Shown: in pieces, positions 31,497-41,911 of the stretch
How the letters are laid out: every line of letters starts with the position of its first letter
Position numbering within the stretch: the first letter of the stretch is position 1
Assembly: GCA_021805985.1 (NCBI GenBank)
Contig: JAJZDN010000011.1
Location: 19,151-83,150, forward strand
DNA from: Planctomycetota bacterium
GTDB lineage: Bacteria; Planctomycetota; Phycisphaerae; WQYP01
Reading direction: 5' to 3'
Length of the DNA stretch: 64,000 nucleotides
The notes under the pieces: generated by a model
What the model was told of the DNA's origin: nothing
Databases searched by the model: none
The model's input: only the letters and a program-made list of their open reading frames with translations
Translations under genes and position numbers: made by a program

Positions 31497-32621
31497 ATGT
31501 CGGATACGGTGCGCACGAAAGGCCATGAATTGGTGCTACAAAAGCTCCACGGCATGAATGAGCGGCAGGGGGCCGTACAACGCGAATTAGAAGAAGCCAG
31601 TGCCACCACCAATTCTGCCAGGCTGGTGGAATTATCACGTGAGAACGGGCGGCTTGAAAAAGCTCTGGCGCTCTATCGCACGTATATCAAACTTCATGCC
31701 GATGCCATGGAAGCCCGGCAGATCGCGGATGATGCCGCTGAAGATCAGGACTTTCGTTATCTGGCCGCCACGCAGCTTTTGGAACTAAACCACCGCATAG
31801 ATCCTTTACTGGACCAGATGCTGGATGAATTTCTCGCCGGGCAACGCGGCGCTTCTGATTCCATGATGCTGGAAATCCGCGCAGGCACCGGGGGAGATGA
31901 AGCCGCCTTATTTGCCAGAGACCTCGCGGATATGTATCGGCGATTCAGTGAAAAAAACAACTGGCGCTTTGATGTGCTGGATTTTTCCCCCACCGAACAT
32001 GGCGGCTTTCGCGAATTCATCGCCAATGTCCGTGGCTCCGGCGTGGTTGAACTCCTGGCCATGGAGTCGGGCGGCCACCGTGTACAACGGGTGCCGGAAA
32101 CTGAAACGCAGGGCCGCGTCCACACCAGCGCTGCCACGGTGGCTGTCCTGCCGGAACCAGACGTGTCCGCCATTGAAATAAATCCTGCGGATGTTCGCGA
32201 GGATGTTTCGCGAGCGGGCGGGCCGGGCGGACAGAATGTCAATAAGGTTGAGTCCGCCGTGCAATTAACGCATTTGCCCACCGGTATTACCGTGCGTATG
32301 CGGGACGAACGCAGTCAACATAAAAACCGCGATAAAGCCTGGCGAATTTTACGATCACGCGTTTTTGAATTCTTTGATCAGCAGCGTCGTGCCCAGCGTT
32401 CCGACGCACGCCGTGAAATGATCGGCAGCGGTGATCGCAATGAACGCATCCGCACCTATAACTTTCCCCAGAACCGCCTGACCGACCACCGCCTGAACCG
32501 CAACTTCCCCCTGGAAAATATCGTCGCCGGCGAAATGTCCGATCTCCTGCTGGCCCTGCGTGATCTAGCCCGCGAACGCCAACTCGAATCCATGCTCGAT
32601 TCCACAACCCCCAGCCCATAG
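31497..32621 (+). CDS. prfA: Peptide chain release factor 1
   Basis: EIRAGTGGDEA, ESGGHRVQRVPETE (PxT motif), GGPGGQNVNK, ERIRTYNFPQNRLTDHR. Confidence 0.96.
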   Translation: MSDTVRTKGHELVLQKLHGMNERQGAVQRELEEASATTNSARLVELSRENGRLEKALALYRTYIKLHADAMEARQIADDAAEDQDFRYLAATQLLELNHRIDPLLDQMLDEFLAGQRGASDSMMLEIRAGTGGDEAALFARDLADMYRRFSEKNNWRFDVLDFSPTEHGGFREFIANVRGSGVVELLAMESGGHRVQRVPETETQGRVHTSAATVAVLPEPDVSAIEINPADVREDVSRAGGPGGQNVNKVESAVQLTHLPTGITVRMRDERSQHKNRDKAWRILRSRVFEFFDQQRRAQRSDARREMIGSGDRNERIRTYNFPQNRLTDHRLNRNFPLENIVAGEMSDLLLALRDLARERQLESMLDSTTPSP

Positions 32622-32649
32622 TCGCTGCTGTGCTTCCCCGCCCCGACGA

Positions 32650-33163
32650 CACCGGATAAATAATCCGGCGGTTGATCCAGTACCGCCAACCAACCACCGG
32701 AATATCACCACGGTGCCCTATGCCACGATACGCCCCGGGAGCACCGGATGATTAATCCGGTGGTTGATCCAGTGCCGCCAACCAACCACCGGGCTATCAC
32801 CACAGTGCTCTATGCCACGAGACGCCCCGGGAGCACCGGATGATAATCCGGTGGTTGATCCAATGCCGCCAACCAATCACCGGGTTATCACCACGGTGCT
32901 CAATGCCACGAGACGCCCCGGGAGCACCGGATGATAATCCGGTGGTTGACCCAGTGCCCAACCAACCACCGGGCTATCACCAAGGTGCCCTATGCCGCGC
33001 CCCGGGAGCACCGGATGATTAATCCGGTGGTTGATGCAGTAACACCAACCAACCCCCGGTTTATCACCACAGTGCCCTATGCCGCGACGCTCCCCGATAG
33101 CACCGGATGATTAATCCGGCGGTTGATCCAGTGCCACCAACCAACCCCCGGGCTATCACCACG
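32650..33163. repeat. Tandem array of six ~92-bp palindrome-rich units
   Basis: Units start at 32650, 32742, 32834, 32925, 33009 and 33101 (last one partial). Consensus CACCGGATGATTAATCCGGTGGTTGATCCAGTGCCGCCAACCAACCACCGGGCTATCACCACGGTGCCCTATGCCACGAGACGCCCCGGGAG. Confidence 0.95.
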
Positions 33164-33293
33164 ACTGCCTTCTGTCTGCCGCGTTAATCCCCGCAATATG
33201 CTCTTGCGGCATCCCGCTAGTTTTGACGGTGGCCTCTGATCTCTCTTTGTCGGTAGAAGCACACAAATCCTCATAACATGAACTAACCTCAGC

Positions 33294-33596
33294 CTATCGC
33301 ATATTGCCATGTGTCACCGCGTCTCGTCCATCTCTTAGTAACCAATTGATTCGGCCTGTCATAATTATAAAAATGGCAAAACATATTGCCGTTAGGATTG
33401 TCAACGGCCAAAAACCATATTTGCCAAGTAGATAGATTACAAGGGAGACGGAGTGCGCATTACGCGAACCATCAGCAATCGCGTAATATCCTATAGAATT
33501 GGAAAAGTAAAAATCTTGGCTGCTGCCAGGTATGCAAAGATTAAGAAAGATACTCGCGAATCCCACCCAAAACGATCCCATTTGCAGTACCGTCAT
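33294..33596 (-). CDS. Hypothetical small membrane protein
   Basis: 100-aa hydrophobic ORF with no family recognised. Confidence 0.35.
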   Translation of the reverse strand: MTVLQMGSFWVGFASIFLNLCIPGSSQDFYFSNSIGYYAIADGSRNAHSVSLVIYLLGKYGFWPLTILTAICFAIFIIMTGRINWLLRDGRDAVTHGNMR

Positions 33597-33752
33597 CCAT
33601 TTTGGGCAAAGCCGCCATTGGGGCGCAAACGAGCGAGAGCGTATATATTGAAGCCGTACACGGCGTCAGGGAAAACCTGTGACCTTGTAACCTGCATAGC
33701 TACATCGCCATCCCGGCGATACGCAACCAGACCCACCGCTGTCCCGCAAGGC

Positions 33753-34100
33753 TTATTTGGCCGCACTTATCGCAGTGGTCTCCATGGCGAATGTTGCATG
33801 GACCGTATTGCCCGCGAACGCCACGGATTTAGTCCCTGATGCCGCCGGTACTAGCGCGGCGGGGGGGTGAATCAGTGGCGGACTAATTTGGGGCGGGGCG
33901 GACATAACCCAGTTACACAACGTCATTATAATAAGCAGCAATACCAGAATATAGCCGGGAATAATGAAGACTGTCGCAAGCATCCGGATAAGACCGGGAC
34001 TTGCTAATTTCTCCCACGCTTCAGGATCCAGTGTTTTCCTGCCTTTTCGGGCCTTGGGAAAAGAATCAGACCAATCCATTTTGAAGGGAATCTGTAGCAT
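33753..34100 (-). CDS. Hypothetical single-TM protein
   Basis: 115-aa ORF with AAGGAG RBS 8 nt before the ATG and one hydrophobic segment. Confidence 0.45.
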   Translation of the reverse strand: MLQIPFKMDWSDSFPKARKGRKTLDPEAWEKLASPGLIRMLATVFIIPGYILVLLLIIMTLCNWVMSAPPQISPPLIHPPAALVPAASGTKSVAFAGNTVHATFAMETTAISAAK

Positions 34101-34602
34101 CGCTGGTACTCCTTATGAAAGCTTACCGATGCCTGGCCTCCGTCCCACCTGAAAATTCGGCCGCAACATACGGTTGCCGCCACACACATGGATGTGTAGA
34201 TGCAAATGCTGTGCCAAAATATTGTCCGTGCCGATATTGTTTGCCAGAAGGGACTCCTGAAGTGACAGGTTGACTACTTCTTGACCTGGGACGGCAATAA
34301 TCCTATAGCAATGACGAATAAATGCTTAATTAGCGGGTGGTATCGCGTGCAGAATTAATTTACCACATAAAAAACGCTGCCCACAGATTCAACGTGCTTC
34401 CATTTTCTGTGCATAAAACAGGCAGATGGTGAACTTAAGTACCCCGCATTATCGCCTGATCTCCTGGCACGCAGGCAAGCGCTTCAACCGCCCAATAGTT
34501 GCAAGTCCGCAAGTATTGCTGCGCAGGTTCCCGCTTTTCTTCTACGATTTTCTTCCACCATGGCCCCGCCTGCCGGTTAATACGGTAGAATCTGCAGGTG
34601 CT

Positions 34603-35721
34603 ATGATTGATCAGACCAGTGAGTTAACCCCTTTGCATCTTGCCCTGTGGCTGGATTGGCGCCAACTTCCGCAGGAGGCGGGGTTTATTTATTCCCTGGC
34701 GGTGGCCGCAAAAGCCGAAGGATGCCGTATTTCCATCATCGCGCCAGCGGGTGCCGATTTAAGTTTTCTGCCTGACCTTGGCACACCGATTTTATTAGTG
34801 CCCAATCCATCTGGGCCGCTTTGGTTGGAATCAATCCGCCGGCCATCCATGGACATTATTAATCAGTTAAAAAAAGCGATGGTCGATGTGGTACTGCAAT
34901 TCGCACCGCGCACCGCGCACAATTCACTGCAATTGCGCTTGGCACAGGAATTTCCCGTGGTGCGGTGGATTTGGGATTCTTCGGATTTGAGACCCAATGC
35001 CGGGCAGATTATTGACGGGGCACAGTTGGTGGTAGTCTCGCAGCATGCCAAGGATCAATGTGGCAAAGAACGCACCGACGTATCTTTAATTCACCCGGGT
35101 GTTTTAGTACACGATTCTCTTCCGCCGCAATTCGGTGCAGCCGACCGGCCCGCACTTATGGTCTGTTTGGATCTGATTTCAGATTATCAGTTATTCGCCG
35201 ACCTGCTTGACGCCTGCCGACGGCTAATGGACGAAAAAGCCGATTTTCTTCTGGTTCTCTGCGATGCCGGAAAAGAGGCGCACAACGTATGGAAACTCTC
35301 CAATGATTTAGGATTGCTTGATCGCATCAGCTTTATTCCCTATCGCTATGATATTGATCCATTGCTCACCCAGGTGGATGTTTATATCCAGCTCACAGCG
35401 GCCTCGCGGTACAACTACACCACGCTTCGGGCGATGGCTCGGCGAATTCCAGTTGTTGCCAATCCGGGTGTTAATGACGAGTTCTGCATCGATGGACAAA
35501 CATGTCATGTATTTGACCGCAGCCGACCCGACATGCTTTCTGCTGCGCTGGCAGACATGTTGGCGCATCCGGCGGCGGGCCGTGAAATGGCCCAGCGCGC
35601 CGCCACCCATTTACAGCGGCATTACAGCATGAGCAACGCAGTGCAGCGCCTGATCGCCCTGTGCCGCCAAGCCGCAGGCATTCCGCTGACCCTGCCCAAA
35701 GCACCGCCGTCGATTGCATAG
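34603..35721 (+). CDS. Glycosyltransferase, GT-B/GT4-like
   Basis: LIHPGV, LLDRISFI, TLRAMARRIPVVA, LSAALADMLAHP. Start moved to MIDQ (34603). Confidence 0.75.
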   Translation: MIDQTSELTPLHLALWLDWRQLPQEAGFIYSLAVAAKAEGCRISIIAPAGADLSFLPDLGTPILLVPNPSGPLWLESIRRPSMDIINQLKKAMVDVVLQFAPRTAHNSLQLRLAQEFPVVRWIWDSSDLRPNAGQIIDGAQLVVVSQHAKDQCGKERTDVSLIHPGVLVHDSLPPQFGAADRPALMVCLDLISDYQLFADLLDACRRLMDEKADFLLVLCDAGKEAHNVWKLSNDLGLLDRISFIPYRYDIDPLLTQVDVYIQLTAASRYNYTTLRAMARRIPVVANPGVNDEFCIDGQTCHVFDRSRPDMLSAALADMLAHPAAGREMAQRAATHLQRHYSMSNAVQRLIALCRQAAGIPLTLPKAPPSIA

Positions 35722-35899
35722 GCATTGAAGACTCCAGCCGCAACGCCATGCGAAACTCACAAAACTGCGTTGGGAAACGCTATTGCGAGAAAAGCTGCGG
35801 TAAAAAGCTGCGGGAAAAGCTGCGGCCTTGGCAAATGGCCTTATTAAATTTATCATCAGGATATTGGCGGATTTCCGCCTCGTAAAGGAATTGCTTTTG

Positions 35900-37105
35900 A
35901 TGAACGTAAAATCCTCGACCGCGGCAGCATTGCAGCACCATCCCCGCGGCATTGCCGTGCTAGGCAGCACCGGCTCGATTGGCACCAACACGCTTAACGT
36001 CATGGCTCATCTGGCCACGCAGGGCCAGCCGTTTGAAGTTATTGGACTTGCTGCTGCGTCTAATTGGCAGAAGCTGGCGCAGCAGGCGTTGGAGTTTAAG
36101 CCGAAAGTTGCCGTTTTAAGCCAGCCGGCAGCGGCGACAGATTTATCTGAACTAAAAAAGGCTTTGGCCCATACAGATATTCAGGTACTGACCGGCGACG
36201 CGGCGGTAGCGGAATTAGCGCGGCGGGATGATGTGTCCGTGGTCGCGGCTTCGGTGGTAGGGGCGGCAGGGTTGGCCCCGGTATTAGCGGCGGCCGAGGC
36301 TGGCAAATGGATTGCTCTGGCGAATAAAGAGGCACTCGTGGTAGCAGGTTGCCTGGTTATGCCGCTGGCCGAGAAATACGGGGCTACAATACTACCGGTG
36401 GACTCCGAGCATTCCGCCATATTTCAGTCTCTCCGTTCGGGCGAATCGCGGGAGATTGACCGCATCATCCTTACGGCCAGCGGCGGTCCGTTCCGCAGTT
36501 GGCCCGCTGAAAAGATGCAGACAGCCACGGTCGATGAGGCGTTAAATCATCCTAATTGGCGGATGGGCCCCAAGATAACCATTGATTCCGCCACGTTGAT
36601 GAACAAGGCCCTGGAAATCGTTGAAGCGCACTGGCTTTTTAATCTGCCGGCGGAAAGTATTGATGTGCTGGTGCATCCACAGTCGATTATTCACAGTATG
36701 ATTGAATTTGTGGATGGCAGCATCATCGCACAACTTGGAACACCCGATATGCGAACAGCCATTCAATATGCCCTTACCCACCCGCAACGCCATCAGGGTT
36801 GCAGTTCCCGGCTGGATTGGACCAAAATTAAAGAAATGACCTTTGAACAGCCGGACGGGCGATTCCCGGCACTGGACATAGGCTATGAAGTGATTCGCCG
36901 GGGAGGAACCAGCGGTGCTGTGGCCAATGCCGCCAATGAAACGGCCAATGCTCTTTTCCGTGATGGAAAAATTAAGTTCGGTAAAATTATTGAAATAACA
37001 TCCAGCATATTGAAGAAACATCTGGCTAACGGTTTTGTAGCCCGGCCCCAGCTTGCCGATTTATTGGCGGCGGACGCCTGGGCACGTGCGGAGGCGGCTC
37101 TATGA
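35900..37105 (+). CDS. dxr: 1-deoxy-D-xylulose-5-phosphate reductoisomerase
   Basis: LGSTGSIGTNTL, LANKEALV, PVDSEHSAIFQ, LTASGGPF, HPNWRMGPKITIDSAT. AAAGGA RBS before ATG 35900. Confidence 0.97.
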   Translation: MNVKSSTAAALQHHPRGIAVLGSTGSIGTNTLNVMAHLATQGQPFEVIGLAAASNWQKLAQQALEFKPKVAVLSQPAAATDLSELKKALAHTDIQVLTGDAAVAELARRDDVSVVAASVVGAAGLAPVLAAAEAGKWIALANKEALVVAGCLVMPLAEKYGATILPVDSEHSAIFQSLRSGESREIDRIILTASGGPFRSWPAEKMQTATVDEALNHPNWRMGPKITIDSATLMNKALEIVEAHWLFNLPAESIDVLVHPQSIIHSMIEFVDGSIIAQLGTPDMRTAIQYALTHPQRHQGCSSRLDWTKIKEMTFEQPDGRFPALDIGYEVIRRGGTSGAVANAANETANALFRDGKIKFGKIIEITSSILKKHLANGFVARPQLADLLAADAWARAEAAL

Positions 37106-39219
37106 CAACCCGACAGGTTCAACTTACAGCTCACAAATTGCAACGAAACCTTAAGCGCGGCCGCGTGATGCTTTTTTCAATCGGGCTGCCGCTGGTTCTG
37201 GCCTATTCTTTGGCTACGGCGGCCGGAAGTGTTTGGAAATCGCTTCTGGTGCTGATCGGCTTTGGCTCAGTTATTTTCTTTCATGAACTGGGGCATTTTC
37301 TTGCGGCCAAGGCCTTTCGCGTCCGCTGTGATGTTTTTGCTGTGGGTATCGGCCCACGGTTGTGCGGCTGGCGAAAAGGAGCGGGATTCTCCTTTGGAGA
37401 AGTGGAAATCGGGCCGGCAAAATCTGATGCCGCAACCGCCTCCGTTGACACGTCTGAAGCGGATGGCTTGGCAAAAAAGCCGGAACTGGGAGAAACAGAT
37501 TATCGCCTGGCCTGGCTGCCCTTCGGCGGGTATGTTCGCATGTTGGGGCAGGATGATATGGATCCCGCCAAGGTCAGTGAAGACCCCGCCTCCTTTGGTA
37601 AAAAGCCCATCTGGCAGCGTATGGTTATTATTTCTGCCGGCGTGACGATGAATATCCTTTTCGCCATAGTTGTATTTGCCATCGTCTTTCGGATGGGCTT
37701 AGAAGTGCAGCCGGCGATTATTGGCTCGGTGGCATACAACAGCCCGGCACAAAAAGCAGGCTTGCATGTAGGCGATGAAATTATTTCCATTAACCATAAA
37801 AAACCGCGCGGCTTTCTGGAATTTCCCGATTTACAAATGGCGGCGGCCCTGGGCAGCCTCGGGCAGACGATTAACCTGCAATATCATCCCAACGGCAGTC
37901 AACAGATTCGTGATGTTTCACTCAAGGCGGTCATTCCGCCCGACGGTGGTTTGCTTGCTATCGGTGTGGCTTCTGCGCCGTCGTTGAATATCCCGCCCAT
38001 GTCAAAATCAAACTTCCAAAAGCTTGTCAAACTGGATCCCCAGCAGGCGGCATTCACGCCGGGCTGTCGCATTGTGGCATGTGATGGCATGGCGGTCCAT
38101 GATTGGGGGCAACTTTATAAGGTTATTCAGGCTTCCAATGGCCAGACAATGCACTTTACGCTGCGGTCCAAACACGGAAAAATATACCATAGCACAGGTA
38201 AAGCGACGCTATTTCCGCGGGGCTGGGTGACTTCGATGCCGCCAATTTTAGGACTGTATCCGCGTATTATTTTAGACGCCGTGGAGTCGGGAAGCGCTGG
38301 AGCCAAGGCTGGTCTTCAAGCCGGGGATGTCATATTGCGAATCGGCACGCTGACCAATCCGGATGTCAACTCGTTCCGCAAGAGTATTGAAGAAAATGCG
38401 GGACAAAACATTGCCGTGGAAGTATTGCGCGGAAAAAAACGAATAACATTAAATTGCACACCGGCAAGTCAATCCGGCAAGGGATTTCTTGGTGTGGCAA
38501 TGGGATTGGATTTTGCGTCTCCCGTGGTAGGAAGTGTGTCGCGCCCGATGGCTGCTCTGGGTATCAGGCCAGGGTCAACCCTATCGGCCATCGGACCGGT
38601 GGGAACGCCAGTGTCCAAACTGGAGAATGTTAAAAACTGGTATGACCTGTTCGGGGCAGCCAAAAAATTCAACGGACAGACCGTTCAGCTATCCTTTGAC
38701 GGGAAATCCAAGCCCGTGACCTTACCGTTGCGCGGCAAGTTGATGAACTTTTTACAGCAGTATCATTATCGCATCGGGTTAGCCCTGCTGCCGGCCATGC
38801 GGGTGCAAAAAAGCCACAGCGTCTACGGTGCCGTGGCCATGGGATTAAATCACACTTGGCATTGGGTGTTGCGTACGTATTCCACGTTGCGCGGACTGGG
38901 TTCCGGCACGGTTCCAGCCCATGAATTGCATGGCGTAGTGGGTATTGTGCCAATTCTCTATGAATCGGAAAGCATGGGCAATACCATGCTGCTTTATTTT
39001 CTGGGATTAATTTCCGTGAATCTGGCGGTGATCAATTTCCTGCCCCTGCCGGTATTGGACGGGGGGCTATTTGTGATGCTGATCATTGAAAAAATCCGGG
39101 GGCGGCCGCTGTCAGTGAAGGTTCAAACCGCTATTCAGCTTGTGGGCATCACTCTCATCGCGGGTATATTTTTATATGTGACCATCTTCAATGACCTGCC
39201 AAGCTTTTTTGGCCATTGA
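37102..39219 (+). CDS. rseP: Site-2 (M50) membrane metalloprotease with multiple PDZ domains
   Basis: HELGH, PFGGYVRM, AGVTMN, PDZ repeats, NFLPLPVLDGG. ATGA overlap with dxr. Confidence 0.92.
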   Translation: MTTRQVQLTAHKLQRNLKRGRVMLFSIGLPLVLAYSLATAAGSVWKSLLVLIGFGSVIFFHELGHFLAAKAFRVRCDVFAVGIGPRLCGWRKGAGFSFGEVEIGPAKSDAATASVDTSEADGLAKKPELGETDYRLAWLPFGGYVRMLGQDDMDPAKVSEDPASFGKKPIWQRMVIISAGVTMNILFAIVVFAIVFRMGLEVQPAIIGSVAYNSPAQKAGLHVGDEIISINHKKPRGFLEFPDLQMAAALGSLGQTINLQYHPNGSQQIRDVSLKAVIPPDGGLLAIGVASAPSLNIPPMSKSNFQKLVKLDPQQAAFTPGCRIVACDGMAVHDWGQLYKVIQASNGQTMHFTLRSKHGKIYHSTGKATLFPRGWVTSMPPILGLYPRIILDAVESGSAGAKAGLQAGDVILRIGTLTNPDVNSFRKSIEENAGQNIAVEVLRGKKRITLNCTPASQSGKGFLGVAMGLDFASPVVGSVSRPMAALGIRPGSTLSAIGPVGTPVSKLENVKNWYDLFGAAKKFNGQTVQLSFDGKSKPVTLPLRGKLMNFLQQYHYRIGLALLPAMRVQKSHSVYGAVAMGLNHTWHWVLRTYSTLRGLGSGTVPAHELHGVVGIVPILYESESMGNTMLLYFLGLISVNLAVINFLPLPVLDGGLFVMLIIEKIRGRPLSVKVQTAIQLVGITLIAGIFLYVTIFNDLPSFFGH

Positions 39220-39356
39220 TTTTACCAAGACGGGCCACGCTCCCGCGGGCCGAGCCGGAAATCTTGGCAGTTGGAATTCGCAGCAGACCATGACCATGCG
39301 AAGTCGCAACGTGATCAGCAGTTTCCCATGAGGACAAAGGCGATTATGCTATCGGC

Positions 39357-39932
39357 ATGAAGCAACGAAACTTTATAACGCTGGCTCTTTTAATCACGGC
39401 CATGGCATTGGCCGGATGCAAATCATTCGGGCCTATGCGCATTAAACCGCTCCGTTCCAGCAGCGGTGCCGCCTTACGCCCGAACTTTACCAGCGGATAT
39501 TTCCGCTTTAGCCGTGATCAGGTCTATCATTTTATTCTTTTTGCCACCACTAAAACACCTCATGGCGGCACGGTGCGGCAGGTTATGATTCTCCGCGTCT
39601 TCTGGACACCGGTGCCGGGCGTGACACCCATTGTCCGCACCGCCATCAATACCACGATACGCTATGTGATTTTTACACCTCACGGCTGCGGTATGTACCA
39701 GGGAGCCGGCTTTGTCCGATTGCATAACAGTCCGCGTGACCGAAAAATGCACGCCTCTTTGGTACAAGGTGATTTACGCTTGTCCGGTGCCAGCGGAAAT
39801 TTTATCGACGCGATCGGGCCGTCACGGATAACCGGCGATTTTACCGCCCTTCGCTCGGCGGAAAGAACGTTGACGCTGACACTGCGCACCAAGCGCCAGT
39901 TTTTCGCCGCCACGCTGGCCAACCGCCGCTAA
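39357..39932 (+). CDS. Hypothetical lipoprotein
   Basis: Lipobox ALAGC. No family recognised. Confidence 0.75.
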   Translation: MKQRNFITLALLITAMALAGCKSFGPMRIKPLRSSSGAALRPNFTSGYFRFSRDQVYHFILFATTKTPHGGTVRQVMILRVFWTPVPGVTPIVRTAINTTIRYVIFTPHGCGMYQGAGFVRLHNSPRDRKMHASLVQGDLRLSGASGNFIDAIGPSRITGDFTALRSAERTLTLTLRTKRQFFAATLANRR

Positions 39933-39955
39933 GGAGCCGTCACAGGAGAATTCAA

Positions 39956-41053
39956 ATGCTCATCGGTGTGCCAAAAGAAGTTAAAAGTGATGAATACCGC
40001 GTGGCCATGATACCCGCCGAGGTGGAATTCCTGACGCACCACGGTCATCGGGTGGTAGTGCAGGCGCAGGCTGGCATGGGCAGCGGTATTGAAGATTCGC
40101 AGTATCTTGAGGCCGGCGGTGAAATTGTTCCGGCTGCGGAAAATGTGTGGCGGCAGGCAGAATTAATTGTGAAGGTCAAAGAACCACAGCCCACGGAATA
40201 TCCGTTGATGCTGTCGGGTCAAACGGTGTTGACCTATTTTCATTTTGCCGCAGCGCCCCAGTTAGCCATGGAGTGTATTTCCCGCGGCATAACCGCCATT
40301 GCCTACGAAACCATTCGTGATAAGCGAGGGCTTTTGCCGTGCCTGACGCCCATGAGTGAAATAGCGGGAAAAATGTCAATTCAGGAAGGTGCCAAATACC
40401 TGGAGAAGCCCATGATGGGCCGGGGAATTCTTTTGGGTGGCGTACCGGGCGTAGCCCCGGCCAATGTGGTGATTCTGGGCGCAGGGATCGTCGGGCAGAA
40501 TGCCGCCAAAGTTGCTGCGGGCCTCGGTGCACGGGTAACGCTGATGGATATTAACCTTGAACGCCTGCGATATCTAAGTGATGTTTCGCCCGCGAACGTG
40601 ACTACGGTTTACTCCGACGCCCAAACTGTCCGTGAAGCATTAACCCATGCTGATCTGGTAGTTGGGGCGGTTTTAATTCCTGGTGACCGCGCACCTCATT
40701 TGGTTTCGCGCGAAGATCTAAAGCGTATGAAAAATGGAAGTGTGCTGGTGGACGTGGCGATTGATCAGGGCGGCTGCACGGAAACCAGCCGACCCACGAC
40801 GCATCACGAGCCGACTTATATCATGGATGGCGTCGTGCATTATTGCGTAACCAATATGCCCGGAGCGGTGGGCCGCACCAGCACCTTCGCTTTGTGCAAC
40901 GCGACATTTCCCTATGTCGCCGCCATTGCACAAAACGGTTGGGAAAAAGCAGCCAGGAATGATCCTGGCCTGATGGATGGATTAAATATCCACGCCGGCA
41001 AGATCACCAACGCCGCCGTGGAAAAAGCTCTGGGATCGGCGCATAACCGTTAG
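39956..41053 (+). CDS. ald: Alanine dehydrogenase
   Basis: IGVPKEVK..EYRVA, VKVKEP, TYFHFAA, PMSEIAG, GILLGGVPGV, DVAIDQGGC, HYCVTNMPGAV. Confidence 0.97.
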   Translation: MLIGVPKEVKSDEYRVAMIPAEVEFLTHHGHRVVVQAQAGMGSGIEDSQYLEAGGEIVPAAENVWRQAELIVKVKEPQPTEYPLMLSGQTVLTYFHFAAAPQLAMECISRGITAIAYETIRDKRGLLPCLTPMSEIAGKMSIQEGAKYLEKPMMGRGILLGGVPGVAPANVVILGAGIVGQNAAKVAAGLGARVTLMDINLERLRYLSDVSPANVTTVYSDAQTVREALTHADLVVGAVLIPGDRAPHLVSREDLKRMKNGSVLVDVAIDQGGCTETSRPTTHHEPTYIMDGVVHYCVTNMPGAVGRTSTFALCNATFPYVAAIAQNGWEKAARNDPGLMDGLNIHAGKITNAAVEKALGSAHNR

Positions 41054-41127
41054 TGCATGGCACCGCCGGCCCAGGAACACTTTGCAAACACCCCCCCCCG
41101 AAAACTTAAGTTACCGTCCGTCACATA

Positions 41128-41148
41128 GCCGCCGGCTCTGCCGGTGGT
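41128..41148. repeat. REP-like palindrome, copy 3
   Basis: GCCGCCGGC-TCT-GCCGGTGGT between convergent genes. Confidence 0.7.
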
Positions 41149-41179
41149 AGAGCCTCGGGTCGCAGCGCAGTTTGGCAAA

Positions 41180-41911
41180 TTATTTCGTGGTACTCTTCCC
41201 TAACATCGCGCGTGGCCCCGCCAGCAACTTCCGCCAGTGGATCAGCGGCAACCGGCGCGTCAGTCCTGCGGCATAATGCACAATGGCCGGGGTTACTTTC
41301 AGCATAACGGATTTTACATAAACTACCGATGAAAGTTTCTCCCCCAGCTTGCCTTCCACGCGCTTGTACAGAATCAGATTGAAAGTATGGCCGCCCACGC
41401 GGACGAACAAGGGGGCATCAAGCGTGCCGGTGATGGTCTTGCCATGCAGCGTGGTAAAGCGATAGGCAAAGCTGATGCGCGGCCGGGTTTTTCCCGAATA
41501 ATTTTTAATATCGCTGCCCTCCTGCTGGTATCGCCAATCTCGGATTTCTTTGGCCTTGAGCACGCGCACCTGAATCGTTTTAATTAAACGTATATCAATG
41601 TCACGATATTGCTTGATATCCGCAAGCCAGACGCGAAAAGGTGTTTTCAGCGTCTTCCATACCTGCCCGGAAAGTACCTTGCCATTACTTAATGTGACGA
41701 TTCCAGTTCGCACCGCCAGCGATGTCGTGCTGTTGGATGTGCCAAAGGGGTGCACATTTTCGTTGGGTTTGAATTGTCCGTTGCCGGGAGCTTTGGCATT
41801 CTGAGCCTGGGACAGAATACTGTTAAGGCTCTGGCCAGATGCCAGTGGCGCAGTTAATAGAAATAGAATCGTCGCCAGAGTTAACACGATTGCTGTAACA
41901 GGTCTGGGCAT
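41180..41911 (-). CDS. Secreted hypothetical protein
   Basis: Signal-peptide-like start MPRPVTAIVLTLATILFLLTAPLASG (ATG 41911). Basic mature domain. Confidence 0.65.
   Translation of the reverse strand: MPRPVTAIVLTLATILFLLTAPLASGQSLNSILSQAQNAKAPGNGQFKPNENVHPFGTSNSTTSLAVRTGIVTLSNGKVLSGQVWKTLKTPFRVWLADIKQYRDIDIRLIKTIQVRVLKAKEIRDWRYQQEGSDIKNYSGKTRPRISFAYRFTTLHGKTITGTLDAPLFVRVGGHTFNLILYKRVEGKLGEKLSSVVYVKSVMLKVTPAIVHYAAGLTRRLPLIHWRKLLAGPRAMLGKSTTK

Noticed and set aside
32650-33163. CRISPR array
   Set aside because: The whole ~92-bp unit is repeated, there are no unique spacers, and no cas genes are present.
34200-34300. c-di-GMP (GEMM) riboswitch
   Set aside because: GGCAAAC is present on the minus strand, but the GNRA stem and GACGCAAAGC elements are missing.
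41091-41099. Poly-C9 phase-variation tract
   Set aside because: It lies between convergent gene ends, not in a CDS or promoter.
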